Source: an uncultured Candidatus Saccharibacteria bacterium (GTDB lineage Bacteria > Patescibacteriota > Saccharimonadia > Saccharimonadales > Saccharimonadaceae). From it: a stretch of 64,000 nt of DNA. This document shows, piece after piece, positions 17,539 to 26,704 of this stretch. Location: contig CAMVRN010000006.1 of NCBI GenBank assembly GCA_947169915.1, positions 301-64,300 of the forward strand, given 5' to 3'. The stretch's first letter is position 1, and each line of letters begins with the position of its first letter. The notes below the pieces were generated by a model, which was given only the letters and a program-made list of their open reading frames with translations, searched no databases and was not told where the DNA came from. Both the position numbers and the translations under genes were made by a program.

Positions 17539-17561
17539 ACGCTCCTTCGGGAGCGTTTTTT
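17539..17561 (+). terminator. Intrinsic terminator
   Basis: ACGCTCC-TTCG-GGAGCGT-TTTT. Confidence 0.88.
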
Positions 17562-17626
17562 ATTGTTGTCGATTCTTTTGGGGTTTATTATAATAAAAAT
17601 GTTAATAGTTAATCGTGAGGTAATAT

Positions 17627-18475
17627 ATGAGCGAGACTTTAGAGAGTGTTGGCTCTAATGAGGCTGGGAATCAAGAAAATGAATGGAGTAGCCTAGAGGC
17701 TATGCCAGAAATGGGAGATGCAACCCCCGAACCGGAGAATGAACAATCTTCATCAAGTGAAAAGTTGAAACCTGTAGGTGAATTGACAACGGAAGAAGCC
17801 GGTAAGGAATATATTGATTTATTAGTCGAGCTTAGCGAGAATTTCACAAGTGCTGAGGGTAGGTCTTCGAGAGCTGCATCGCCTCGTCCTGATGGGTCGG
17901 TTTTTGTTTATGGACAGGGGTATAGTGGTCATGAGGACCGTGTCGTTGAACGTATTGAGGGCAAAGATGGGGCTCATATGGATAGAGAATGGACGCTTGG
18001 TTTGGCGGACAACATTATTCATGCCGAGTCGGATTGGCGCGCTGCTGGAGAATCGACGACTATTGAAGAGCAAGAGGAGCAACAAGGTGAATTAGACGCG
18101 AATACCGCAAGAAGACAGGCGAGACTTGAGAGATTTGAAAGGGGATTTGGTGGACGAATGAGGCAGAAATTTTTCCCAGGAAAACATGGAAGACTTCTTG
18201 CAGAGGCGGAAAATGCTGTTAGACGAGAGACCGAGGCTGGCCAAAAAACTAAAGAGGCTGACGAGAAATTGAAGCATGCACTTGAGGCGGCATATTCAGA
18301 TGAGTATGGCTATGGTCATCATAGGATTGATGATGAAAGGAAAGCTGACGAAGTAAATGATGAGTACAACGAAAAATTCTTTGGTGACGAAGAACGTCAG
18401 AGGAAAATTGACCGTGCAGTTGAACTTCGTCGAAGACTTGTCAGTGACGATGTACTAGACGTAGACTATCATTAA
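17627..18475 (+). CDS. Hypothetical charged/coiled-coil protein
   Basis: 282 aa, E/R/K-rich; SD GAGGT. Confidence 0.75.
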   Translation: MSETLESVGSNEAGNQENEWSSLEAMPEMGDATPEPENEQSSSSEKLKPVGELTTEEAGKEYIDLLVELSENFTSAEGRSSRAASPRPDGSVFVYGQGYSGHEDRVVERIEGKDGAHMDREWTLGLADNIIHAESDWRAAGESTTIEEQEEQQGELDANTARRQARLERFERGFGGRMRQKFFPGKHGRLLAEAENAVRRETEAGQKTKEADEKLKHALEAAYSDEYGYGHHRIDDERKADEVNDEYNEKFFGDEERQRKIDRAVELRRRLVSDDVLDVDYH

Positions 18476-18481
18476 CTTTAA

Positions 18482-18503
18482 AACCCGCCTTGAGAGGCGG
18501 GTT
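18482..18503. terminator. Bidirectional terminator
   Basis: AACCCGCCT-tgag-AGGCGGGTT between convergent genes. Confidence 0.75.
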
Positions 18504-18507
18504 CTTC

Positions 18508-19170
18508 TTATTGGAGGAGATATTCCTCGAGAGTAAAGTTGTTGTCCATGATGTAGTGGGCGATTTCTGGATTTCCGATGTAGCGAAGATGCCACGGTTC
18601 ATAATCGTAGCCAGTGACATCTTCTTTTCCTTCTGGGTAGCGAAGGATGAACCCATAATCGGCAATGTGGGAATGAATTTTTGCGAAATCGGTCGTATCT
18701 GCAATCATCTCATCGTTGTCGCGGATTTCGACATTGTCTTTTGTAATGATGAAAATGTCTAATGCGAGTCCGGTGTGATGTTCGGAATAACCGACTGGGG
18801 AAAGATACTTTTCGCAGTATTCCAGACCATAGGTGCTGCCCCAGTAGTCCCAGATTTCTTGTTGTTGTTCGACGCTTCTGTAAGTGCTGTCAAGCTCAAT
18901 CTGGACTTCTTCTTCGTAAAGAAGGCAAGTACGGAGTCCATTGAAAGCAATCAGCGCGTGGGATTCAACAATATTTTCCTCATCGATGATGTTTCTTGTT
19001 GAAATGAGGTCAACGCGGTTCAGCCAGTCGTCAGGAAGTTTGTTTTGTTTGTTTACCAAAATCAAGTACGGGTTTTCGTTGACGTTTGTCACGGGTTTGT
19101 CTTCGGTGTGCGCGCAGGATAAACAGGGGCATAGGAACAAACATAGGAAAAGGGAAAACAACTTTTTCAT
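18508..19170 (-). CDS. D-alanyl-D-alanine carboxypeptidase, VanY/M15B family, exported or lipoprotein
   Basis: YRSVEQQ, SEHHTGLALD (SxHxxGxAxD), GFILRYP and YEPWHLRYIG motifs; signal peptide with Cys residues; SD AAAGGAGG. Confidence 0.9.
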   Translation of the reverse strand: MKKLFSLFLCLFLCPCLSCAHTEDKPVTNVNENPYLILVNKQNKLPDDWLNRVDLISTRNIIDEENIVESHALIAFNGLRTCLLYEEEVQIELDSTYRSVEQQQEIWDYWGSTYGLEYCEKYLSPVGYSEHHTGLALDIFIITKDNVEIRDNDEMIADTTDFAKIHSHIADYGFILRYPEGKEDVTGYDYEPWHLRYIGNPEIAHYIMDNNFTLEEYLLQ

Positions 19171-19313
19171 TTAAAGAACGCCTCCTTTTATGTAGTTGAG
19201 AAGAGGATTATTTTATATATTATAACATATTTCTATTTTTTTGTTAAGGATATAGGTATTTTGTTGATAATGCTTTTGTTTACAAAATGTTGTTTATAAT
19301 AGATAATTTAGTT

Positions 19314-19856
19314 ATGGACACGAATTATATTATTGCTCAGTTTTTTGGAGGTCTTAGCATTGCTTCGAGTATTTGCTCAATGCAATTTAAGAAACGCAGA
19401 ACTATTCTTATAGCACTCTTTTGTCTGAATTTCTTCGCAGCACTTAATATGGTTTTTCTTGGCTCCTTATCTGCGGCTTATATTTCCTTTTTCGCGATTT
19501 TTGAAATGCTTGTTAATTATCTTTTTGAGCGCAAAAAGAAAGATGTTCCGAGGTGGCTAGTAGGTATATATATTATATGTAATGTTGCGCTTGGTTTAAT
19601 TACCTTTGAAAAGCCAATAGATGTTTTGCCAATTCTCGCGGCGATTATATTTTGCTTTACGATTTCGATGAAGAACGAACAAAACATTCGAAAACTAATG
19701 TTTTTGAATCAATGTTTGTGGTTGGTTTTTGACGTGGCTGTTGGCGCGTATCTTCTCGTCGGCTCGAATTTGTTTACGCTTATTTCTACGGCGATTGCTT
19801 ATTATAGGTATGGAAAGAAAACCCGTAAGCGAGTTCAGAAAAAAACTAAAAAATAG
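19314..19856 (+). CDS. Inner-membrane protein, YgjV-like
   Basis: Multi-TM; 'IAQFFG..SMQFKKRRTIL' and 'IRKLMFLNQCLWLVFD' repeats recalled from the YgjV family. Confidence 0.65.
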   Translation: MDTNYIIAQFFGGLSIASSICSMQFKKRRTILIALFCLNFFAALNMVFLGSLSAAYISFFAIFEMLVNYLFERKKKDVPRWLVGIYIICNVALGLITFEKPIDVLPILAAIIFCFTISMKNEQNIRKLMFLNQCLWLVFDVAVGAYLLVGSNLFTLISTAIAYYRYGKKTRKRVQKKTKK

Positions 19857-19933
19857 CATTGTTTCGTCGTTGATTCCATTATGCTTGTGGTATAATGAAG
19901 AAAACTAGCGTGGGCAAATTAAGGAGGTGTCCC

Positions 19934-21556
19934 ATGAAAAAAAATAAAAAGAAGAAACAAACTAAATATATTTTCGTTACTGGAGGTGTTCTTTCTGGTG
20001 TCGGAAAGGGAATCACAGCTGCGAGCATGGGCGCAATCTTAAAAGCTAAAGGATATCATGTCACAATGCAAAAATGTGACCCATATCTTAATGTTGATGC
20101 GGGGCTTCTGAATCCAGTTGAGCATGGTGAGTGTTTTGTGACGGCGGACGGAGTTGAAACTGACCTCGACCTTGGGCATTATGAAAGATTTCTTGATTTT
20201 GAAACTTCGAAATATTCGATTACGCTTTCTGGTGCTATTTTCAAGGAATTAATTGATAAAGAGCGAAGTGGCGGGTTTAAAGGGAAGACGGTACAGCTTG
20301 TCCCGCACTTTACAAACCTTGTGCAAGAAAAGATTGAACGCGCTTCGGCGAATAGCGATATACATATCGTTGAGATTGGTGGAACAATTGGGGATTATGA
20401 AGGGCTGTCGTTTGTTGAGGCGATTCGCTTGTTTGCAAATAAAGTCGGAAGAAAAAATTGCCTTTATGTTTCGGTTGTCTATGTACCTTGGATAAATACG
20501 AGTAAAGAATTTAAGACGAAACCTGCGCAAAATGCATTAAAAGATTTGCGTGGTTTTGGGATTATACCAGATATTGTTTGTACGAGAACCGAGCGTCCAG
20601 CGCCAAAAGAAATTCAAGAAAAGATTGCCGCGTTCGCAGGAATCGATAAGGACGCGGTTGTAAATCTTCCTGACATTAAGTCTGTTTATGACGTTCCGTT
20701 TAATGTTTTGAAATCGGGTGTTCTCAACATCTTGAATGATTTTATTGGCGATGATTCTGAGCCGGATATGAATAGATGGGAAGAGTTTTCTAGACTTCGA
20801 AATCAAGAGTTTAAGAGGACGGTAAGGATTGGATTGGTCGCGAAGTATGTTGGAAATAATGATACGTATATGTGCGTAACAGAGGCTCTTAAAACGGCGG
20901 CGGCGTGGAATAAAGTTAATCTCGATTTAGTTTGGATTAACGCTGAGGAGCTTGAGGATAGCGCTAATAATGAAGCAGGAAAAAAGCTTCAGGCGTGTGA
21001 TGGGATTGTTGTTCCTGGTGGGTTTGGTGCAAGAGGGGTGGAGGGAAAGATAAAAGCGGCAAGCTATGCTTTGGATAAGAATGTACCATACCTTGGTCTT
21101 TGTTTAGGAATGCAAGTTGCTTGTATTGCGGCTGCTAGAAAAGGAGGAGTTAAGACTGCTAATTCGGAGGAATTTGGAGCAACTGAAGAGAAGAAGAATA
21201 ACGTCATATATATAATGGAAGGGCAGAAAGGGAAGGAATCGACTGGCGGAACTATGAGACTTGGGGATTATCCCGCGAAGTTGGTTAAAGGCTCTAGGAC
21301 GGCAAAGATTTATGACGAAACGAACGTTATAGAACGGCATAGGCATAGGTACGAGCTGAACCAAAAGTTTTTGCCTGAGATTGAAAAAGGCGGAATTATG
21401 GTTTCGGGAGTAAGTCCTGATGGAAAGTTGGTAGAGTTTATCGAAGCTCCAAATCATTTGTTCTTCCAGGCAACCCAGGCACACCCAGAGTTCAAATCGA
21501 GACCACTTCATCCACACCCACTGTTCTTGGAATTTATTAAAGCTTGTAAAAAGTAG
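19934..21556 (+). CDS. pyrG: CTP synthase
   Basis: KYIFVTGGVLSGVGKGI, KCDPYLN, GLCLGMQ, ERHRHRYE and QAHPEF motifs; SD AAGGAGG before the ATG at 19934. Confidence 0.97.
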   Translation: MKKNKKKKQTKYIFVTGGVLSGVGKGITAASMGAILKAKGYHVTMQKCDPYLNVDAGLLNPVEHGECFVTADGVETDLDLGHYERFLDFETSKYSITLSGAIFKELIDKERSGGFKGKTVQLVPHFTNLVQEKIERASANSDIHIVEIGGTIGDYEGLSFVEAIRLFANKVGRKNCLYVSVVYVPWINTSKEFKTKPAQNALKDLRGFGIIPDIVCTRTERPAPKEIQEKIAAFAGIDKDAVVNLPDIKSVYDVPFNVLKSGVLNILNDFIGDDSEPDMNRWEEFSRLRNQEFKRTVRIGLVAKYVGNNDTYMCVTEALKTAAAWNKVNLDLVWINAEELEDSANNEAGKKLQACDGIVVPGGFGARGVEGKIKAASYALDKNVPYLGLCLGMQVACIAAARKGGVKTANSEEFGATEEKKNNVIYIMEGQKGKESTGGTMRLGDYPAKLVKGSRTAKIYDETNVIERHRHRYELNQKFLPEIEKGGIMVSGVSPDGKLVEFIEAPNHLFFQATQAHPEFKSRPLHPHPLFLEFIKACKK

Positions 21557-21563
21557 GAGGCAA

Positions 21564-23465
21564 ATGGACGATTCTTTGAGCTGGGAAGATTTAATGGCGG
21601 GAGGGGGAAGTGATTGGGCACCGGAAGGCGGATGGCCTGATTTTACTGAGGAAATTGAAGAGTATAACGAAGCAAAAGAGGAAGAACGAAGGAAGCAAGA
21701 AGAAGAGCGGGCGAGAGAGGAAGAACGTAAAACTGATGAATTAGAGCAGAGAGACAGAGCGAATTTTGAAGAGAGAATGGAATTTGAAAAGAAATATTAT
21801 GGAACTGAGCGTGTTATAAAAACTCCTGAGGCGGAAGAGGAGGCATTCCAAATCTATAGACAACTTGGTGGCAACCAAGGTAATGCTGTTCGCGGATTGA
21901 TGCGCGCGACATCTGAGGAAATAAAAAGTATACGGGTAGGTGTCGATACAATACAAAAAGTTTTTGATGGGTTGCCAGAGGAGGTGCAGACAGACAGGAG
22001 ATTACGTACAAGTGGGTATTATGCTGATATTGCAGTTGAATATGTTTCAGAATTTGATAGTCGAGTAATGACGCCAGAAATGAATGCTGAACTCGCACGA
22101 ACACTTAGAGATGCATCGGAGACGGGTGACCATAGAAAATATAGAGCGGTAAGAGATGCAATTGATGTTTGTTCGGTGAGCAAAGATGGGGAAATGATGG
22201 GCGATTTTTATGATTTGACCGTGAAATATGTTGGTACGCCTGGAGATGATATTCCTGGAAGCAAGTATCAGAAGAAGACAGACTTGTTGGCGAAATATGC
22301 TACATCTCACGGGATTGACAGGAAAAGGGCGGAAGCTTTTGAGGCGATAGTTTTTCCGATGGTGGATGCAGGAGATTCGGAAGTGGCATGCCTAATGGAA
22401 GCGGGAAACTCTTGGGCAACTACGGATGGTGAATTTGGAATATCTGATTTTACGATTCATGCGCTAGTTTCTGAAGTTAACCCGCGAAATGTGAGAGACT
22501 TAATGCATGCTTATCGCGAAATTCCAACAAGCGATTTTGGAAAATATGAGATGAACAGGAAGGACGCGTTGGCACTTCAGGATGTTTTATGGGTAGGACG
22601 AGATTTTATTCATGATGAAAGACCTGGAATACACGAATTATTGGAGGCGATGGTTCAGTTTTACGATTCGAAGGATAACGAGGAAGCGCATGCGCAGGCT
22701 AGAGAAAGACTTGCGAGTATCGTTAGCGATAGATTAGAACCAGAGAACAAATATATATATACTGGTTTTGATGGAAAACTGTGTTTTGAGGTTGAAAACT
22801 ACGATAGATTGTTAACGACTAAGCACAGAGCAGGGATGGGAAAAGAAGTTGATTACAATGGGATGAAGGCAATTGATGTCTTGAGACGTCTTGAGAAGAA
22901 TACGAGACAGGAGTCGCTTGAGAAGCCAAGCTCGGGGGATGAAAGGCTAGATGAACTGATTGAAAGGCTTGAGGTTATCGAGAAGGATGACGGAACCGTT
23001 GTGGTTGATTTTGAGGATGTTGCACAGATGGTAAAACGCGCGAATGAACTATTAATAGAAACGCAAGGAAAAACTGGGCTCAACCCATCAAAGGTGAGAG
23101 CATTATGTTATGTAGAACGGATGGCGACTGAGGCGATGAGAGGGATAAAAGCGAAAGACTATCAAGAGTTAGGATTCGACCCGAGTTTTAAGGAGATAAT
23201 TCGATTTAATGAGCTTACGTCTAGTGGCGAGAAATATAGCGATATAGAGTTCGAAGACTTTTGGAATAAAGTGGTATCGGATTTCAGTAGAAGCTGGATA
23301 GACAACCCGGAGGAGGGCTATCATGTGCTTGTTACGCGCGTTATGGAGCGAACTGGAAGGTTAGCGAAGCAGTATGTCGAGGAAGGAAAACCGCGTCATA
23401 TGATTGATTCACTTTGGTCAGGAAATTTGACTCATGAACTGATGGGAATGAGGGATAAGCGATGA
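21564..23465 (+). CDS. Large acidic hypothetical protein
   Basis: 633-aa ORF with SD AGGAGG; no family recognised. Confidence 0.8.
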   Translation: MDDSLSWEDLMAGGGSDWAPEGGWPDFTEEIEEYNEAKEEERRKQEEERAREEERKTDELEQRDRANFEERMEFEKKYYGTERVIKTPEAEEEAFQIYRQLGGNQGNAVRGLMRATSEEIKSIRVGVDTIQKVFDGLPEEVQTDRRLRTSGYYADIAVEYVSEFDSRVMTPEMNAELARTLRDASETGDHRKYRAVRDAIDVCSVSKDGEMMGDFYDLTVKYVGTPGDDIPGSKYQKKTDLLAKYATSHGIDRKRAEAFEAIVFPMVDAGDSEVACLMEAGNSWATTDGEFGISDFTIHALVSEVNPRNVRDLMHAYREIPTSDFGKYEMNRKDALALQDVLWVGRDFIHDERPGIHELLEAMVQFYDSKDNEEAHAQARERLASIVSDRLEPENKYIYTGFDGKLCFEVENYDRLLTTKHRAGMGKEVDYNGMKAIDVLRRLEKNTRQESLEKPSSGDERLDELIERLEVIEKDDGTVVVDFEDVAQMVKRANELLIETQGKTGLNPSKVRALCYVERMATEAMRGIKAKDYQELGFDPSFKEIIRFNELTSSGEKYSDIEFEDFWNKVVSDFSRSWIDNPEEGYHVLVTRVMERTGRLAKQYVEEGKPRHMIDSLWSGNLTHELMGMRDKR

Positions 23466-23528
23466 TTGAAAAACACTTCGGTTTTGTGGTACAATAAAGA
23501 AAAATAACCATAAAGGTTAAGGGCATCT

Positions 23529-23726
23529 ATGGCAACAACTGCAAAAAAGAAATCAACCAAGAAAATCGTAAAGGCTGCACCAAGAAGGGTGAGTAATCGC
23601 GGGATGACAGTTAAAGAATGTATGGCGCAAAGCCAGATTCTCAAACTACATATGACAGTTATTACGATTTTATCGTGCGTCGTATGTGTGCTTGTCGTCG
23701 CACTGGTTCTTGCGCTTAAAGATTAA
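23529..23726 (+). CDS. Small protein with a basic N-terminus and a C-terminal TM helix
   Basis: 65 aa; K-rich start and one hydrophobic helix; TGgTACAAT upstream. Confidence 0.7.
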   Translation: MATTAKKKSTKKIVKAAPRRVSNRGMTVKECMAQSQILKLHMTVITILSCVVCVLVVALVLALKD

Positions 23727-23784
23727 GGTAGCTTATGGAAGGGGGAGTGATTTTTGATGCTTAGTTTATGGTATAATTGTATTA

Positions 23785-25458
23785 ATGCAAGAGATTAGAG
23801 AATTATTAATTAGTTGTATAGAAAAACTTTTTGAGTTAGCGGATTATCCCGTAGAGGTTTCGGAAGCGCCGGAGCTTAACGATATCGACTCAGAGCAAAG
23901 GGCGGATGTTGCGACTAATGTGGCAATGCGTTTGGCTGGGGAACTACATAGAAATCCACGCGAGATTGCCGAAGCAGTTAAGGACGAGTTTTTAAGACTA
24001 GCGGATGAGGGGAAACTACGTGGCGTAAAGGTATGGGTTGCTGGACCTGGATTTATAAATTTTATGCTTTCTAATGAATATTTTGTTGAAGGTATCGGAC
24101 AATTTAGAGATAGATTTAACGAAAATATATCATGTGGTGAATATAACAATAAGGTTGTTGTAACAGAATTTAGCGACCCGAATCCGTTCAAGGTATTACA
24201 TATCGGGCATCTTTATACCTCAATGGTTGGAGAGTCGATTTCGAGACTATTGGAATATGCTGGGGCAAAGGTCTACAGAACTAATTTTGGTGGTGATGTT
24301 GGATTGCATGTTGGGAAAACTCTGTACGTGATGATGAAGAAGGGCTTGAAGGATTTTACCATTGAAGACATAGCAAAGTGTTATGTTGAGGGAACTAGAG
24401 CTTACGAGGAAGACGAAGCTGCAAGGAGGGGGATAGTAGATACGAATAAGGCTGTATATGAGATTGCCGAAAATGATTTGCATGATAGTGCGTTAGCTGA
24501 GGCCTATTGGAAGGGCAGGGCACTTTCGTATGACTATTTCAATGATTTTTATAAGAGAATTGGCGTAAAGTTTGATAAGTACTATCCGGAGTCAACGGTT
24601 GCAAAGCGAGGATTGACAGTTGTTAAGGAAAATATACCGAATGTCTATCAACTTAGTGACGGTGCGATAGTTTTTAAGGGTGAGGATTATAATCTTCACA
24701 CGAGGGTGTTTATAAACAAAGAAGGCTTACCGACGTACGAAGCGAAGGACGTTGGGCTTCTATTCACGAAGAACGAAGATTACAAGTTTGATGAGTCGGT
24801 TGTTATAACTGGGAACGACATTACTGATTATATGAAGGTTGTCTTAAAGAGTGTCGAGCAGTATGCTCCAGAACTAGTTGAGAAGACTACGCACATTACG
24901 CACGGAAATGTAAGGCTTCCAGGAAATGAAAAGATGAGCTCGCGAAAAGGTAATTTTGTGAAAGCCATCGATGTGCTTGATTCGGTCCAGGAGATGACTG
25001 ATAACGAAATGATTGCGCTGGGAGCGATTCGATATGCGTTTCTGAAATATAAAATCGGTAACAATATAGTCTTTGACGCGAAAGAATCGGTTTCGCTTAC
25101 GGGAAACAGCGGTCCTTATCTTCAGTACTCAGCAGTTAGAGCTAAGAAGATTCTTGCAGGCGTGAAAAAGTCTGGAGAAGAAGTAAGAGAATTTCAGCTT
25201 GAGCCAGAGGAAATTAAACTGAATAAAAAGTTTATGCAATACAAAGGCGTACTTTCGGATGCGGTGAAGGAAAAAGCTCCTCACCTTGTTTGTAATTATT
25301 TATTTGAGTTAGCGCAGGAATTTTCAAGATTCTACGAGAATTGTAGAGTAATGGGAGATGAGTTTGAAAACGAAAGGGCAGGAGAAGTAAAAGTGTTCCT
25401 GAATATTATGGAACATGGGCTTGGGATTCTTGGAATTGAAATTCCTGATGAGATGTAG
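23785..25458 (+). CDS. argS: Arginine--tRNA ligase
   Basis: GPGFINF, EFSDPNPFKVLHIGH, KMSSRKG, GNSGPYLQYS and FSRFYENCRV motifs. Confidence 0.96.
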   Translation: MQEIRELLISCIEKLFELADYPVEVSEAPELNDIDSEQRADVATNVAMRLAGELHRNPREIAEAVKDEFLRLADEGKLRGVKVWVAGPGFINFMLSNEYFVEGIGQFRDRFNENISCGEYNNKVVVTEFSDPNPFKVLHIGHLYTSMVGESISRLLEYAGAKVYRTNFGGDVGLHVGKTLYVMMKKGLKDFTIEDIAKCYVEGTRAYEEDEAARRGIVDTNKAVYEIAENDLHDSALAEAYWKGRALSYDYFNDFYKRIGVKFDKYYPESTVAKRGLTVVKENIPNVYQLSDGAIVFKGEDYNLHTRVFINKEGLPTYEAKDVGLLFTKNEDYKFDESVVITGNDITDYMKVVLKSVEQYAPELVEKTTHITHGNVRLPGNEKMSSRKGNFVKAIDVLDSVQEMTDNEMIALGAIRYAFLKYKIGNNIVFDAKESVSLTGNSGPYLQYSAVRAKKILAGVKKSGEEVREFQLEPEEIKLNKKFMQYKGVLSDAVKEKAPHLVCNYLFELAQEFSRFYENCRVMGDEFENERAGEVKVFLNIMEHGLGILGIEIPDEM

Positions 25459-25463
25459 ATAGA

Positions 25464-26687
25464 ATGGACGGTGCTGAACAAAAAAAGAAGAAGTGGAACT
25501 TGAAGAAGATTCTTGGGATTGTCGTTGTTCTAACGGCTATTATTGGTGGAGTGATTTGGTTTAATAATAAAAATAATATGGATTCGGAAGGAGTTGATTT
25601 GGAAGAGTTTGCGACAAAGTTTTTAAAGCTCGAGAACCGAGGGAAGAACATGATTTATAGCCCGCTCTCGATAAAATACGCGCTCTCGATTCTTCGAGAT
25701 GGTGCTTCGGGAAAAACTAAAGACGAAATCGAAACAGCATTAAACGATGATACATTGATGACTTATCAGAATGTTCAAGATAAATTGTCACTTGCGAATG
25801 CTTTGTTTATAAGAAACAATTCCGGGAATTATGTGAGTGAAGCTTTTGCTAACATTGTTAAAGAGAAATATAGTGGGGAAGTAATCTATGACGATTTTTC
25901 CGGCACAAGGGTGCTCGATGATTGGATTGATGAAAAAACCTTTGGACTCATCAAAAACCTTAACGTCGAGATAACAGAAAACACCGAGATGATTATTTCT
26001 AATGCTCTAGCGATCCAAATGGACTGGCTATATGATTTTAACGGAGAGACTTATTCAGAAGACTTTTATTTAGCCGATGGCTCTACGATAAAGGCGTCAA
26101 CGATGCACTATTTGCGTACGTTTAGCGATTCGGTTGGATATTATGATGACAAGAAGGTTACAATTGTAACTCTAGGATTAGAGAGGCAGGCCGATGGTAC
26201 TAACTTGGAATTTGTTGCAGTGATGCCGAAGAAGCAATCTCTAAAGGAATTTGCGGAGACAGAAAGTGCGAATGGAATAATAAAGAGACTTGATAAGGTG
26301 GAATATGCAAGCAACACCGAGAACGGTCTGGATTTAGCGATTCCGAAGTTTGGATTTGATTATGAGCTCGAATTTAAGAATGATTTGGAAAGTATGGGCA
26401 TCAAGCAAGCTTTTTATCCTGATAGTGCAGATTTTTCTAGGATGACAGCTGGTGGACAAAATAGATTGTATGTTTCTGATGCTAAACACAAAGCGAACAT
26501 AGAGTTTTCCGAGGAAGGGATTAAGGCCGGAGCTGCGACGGCGTTTTCGATGGATGTTAAGGGTGCTTTTTCTGGTAATGCGCCTATCGAGATTAAGGTT
26601 GACCGTCCGTTCATGTTTATCGTTTATGATAAACAAACCAAGGAAATCTGGTTTGTAGGAACGATGTATGAACCGGATAAAGCGTAA
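25464..26687 (+). CDS. Serpin-family protein with an N-terminal TM anchor
   Basis: NMIYSPLSI, IISNALAIQMDW, LAIPKF, HKANIEFSEEGIKAGAAT hinge and serpin signature IKVDRPFMFIVYD. Confidence 0.92.
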   Translation: MDGAEQKKKKWNLKKILGIVVVLTAIIGGVIWFNNKNNMDSEGVDLEEFATKFLKLENRGKNMIYSPLSIKYALSILRDGASGKTKDEIETALNDDTLMTYQNVQDKLSLANALFIRNNSGNYVSEAFANIVKEKYSGEVIYDDFSGTRVLDDWIDEKTFGLIKNLNVEITENTEMIISNALAIQMDWLYDFNGETYSEDFYLADGSTIKASTMHYLRTFSDSVGYYDDKKVTIVTLGLERQADGTNLEFVAVMPKKQSLKEFAETESANGIIKRLDKVEYASNTENGLDLAIPKFGFDYELEFKNDLESMGIKQAFYPDSADFSRMTAGGQNRLYVSDAKHKANIEFSEEGIKAGAATAFSMDVKGAFSGNAPIEIKVDRPFMFIVYDKQTKEIWFVGTMYEPDKA

Positions 26688-26704
26688 TAATGTATAATAT
26701 ATAT

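Noticed and set aside
11860-19900. Active integrative element or prophage at tRNA-Ser
   Set aside because: No integrase, phage or conjugation genes, and I saw no second copy of the tRNA 3' end (attR).
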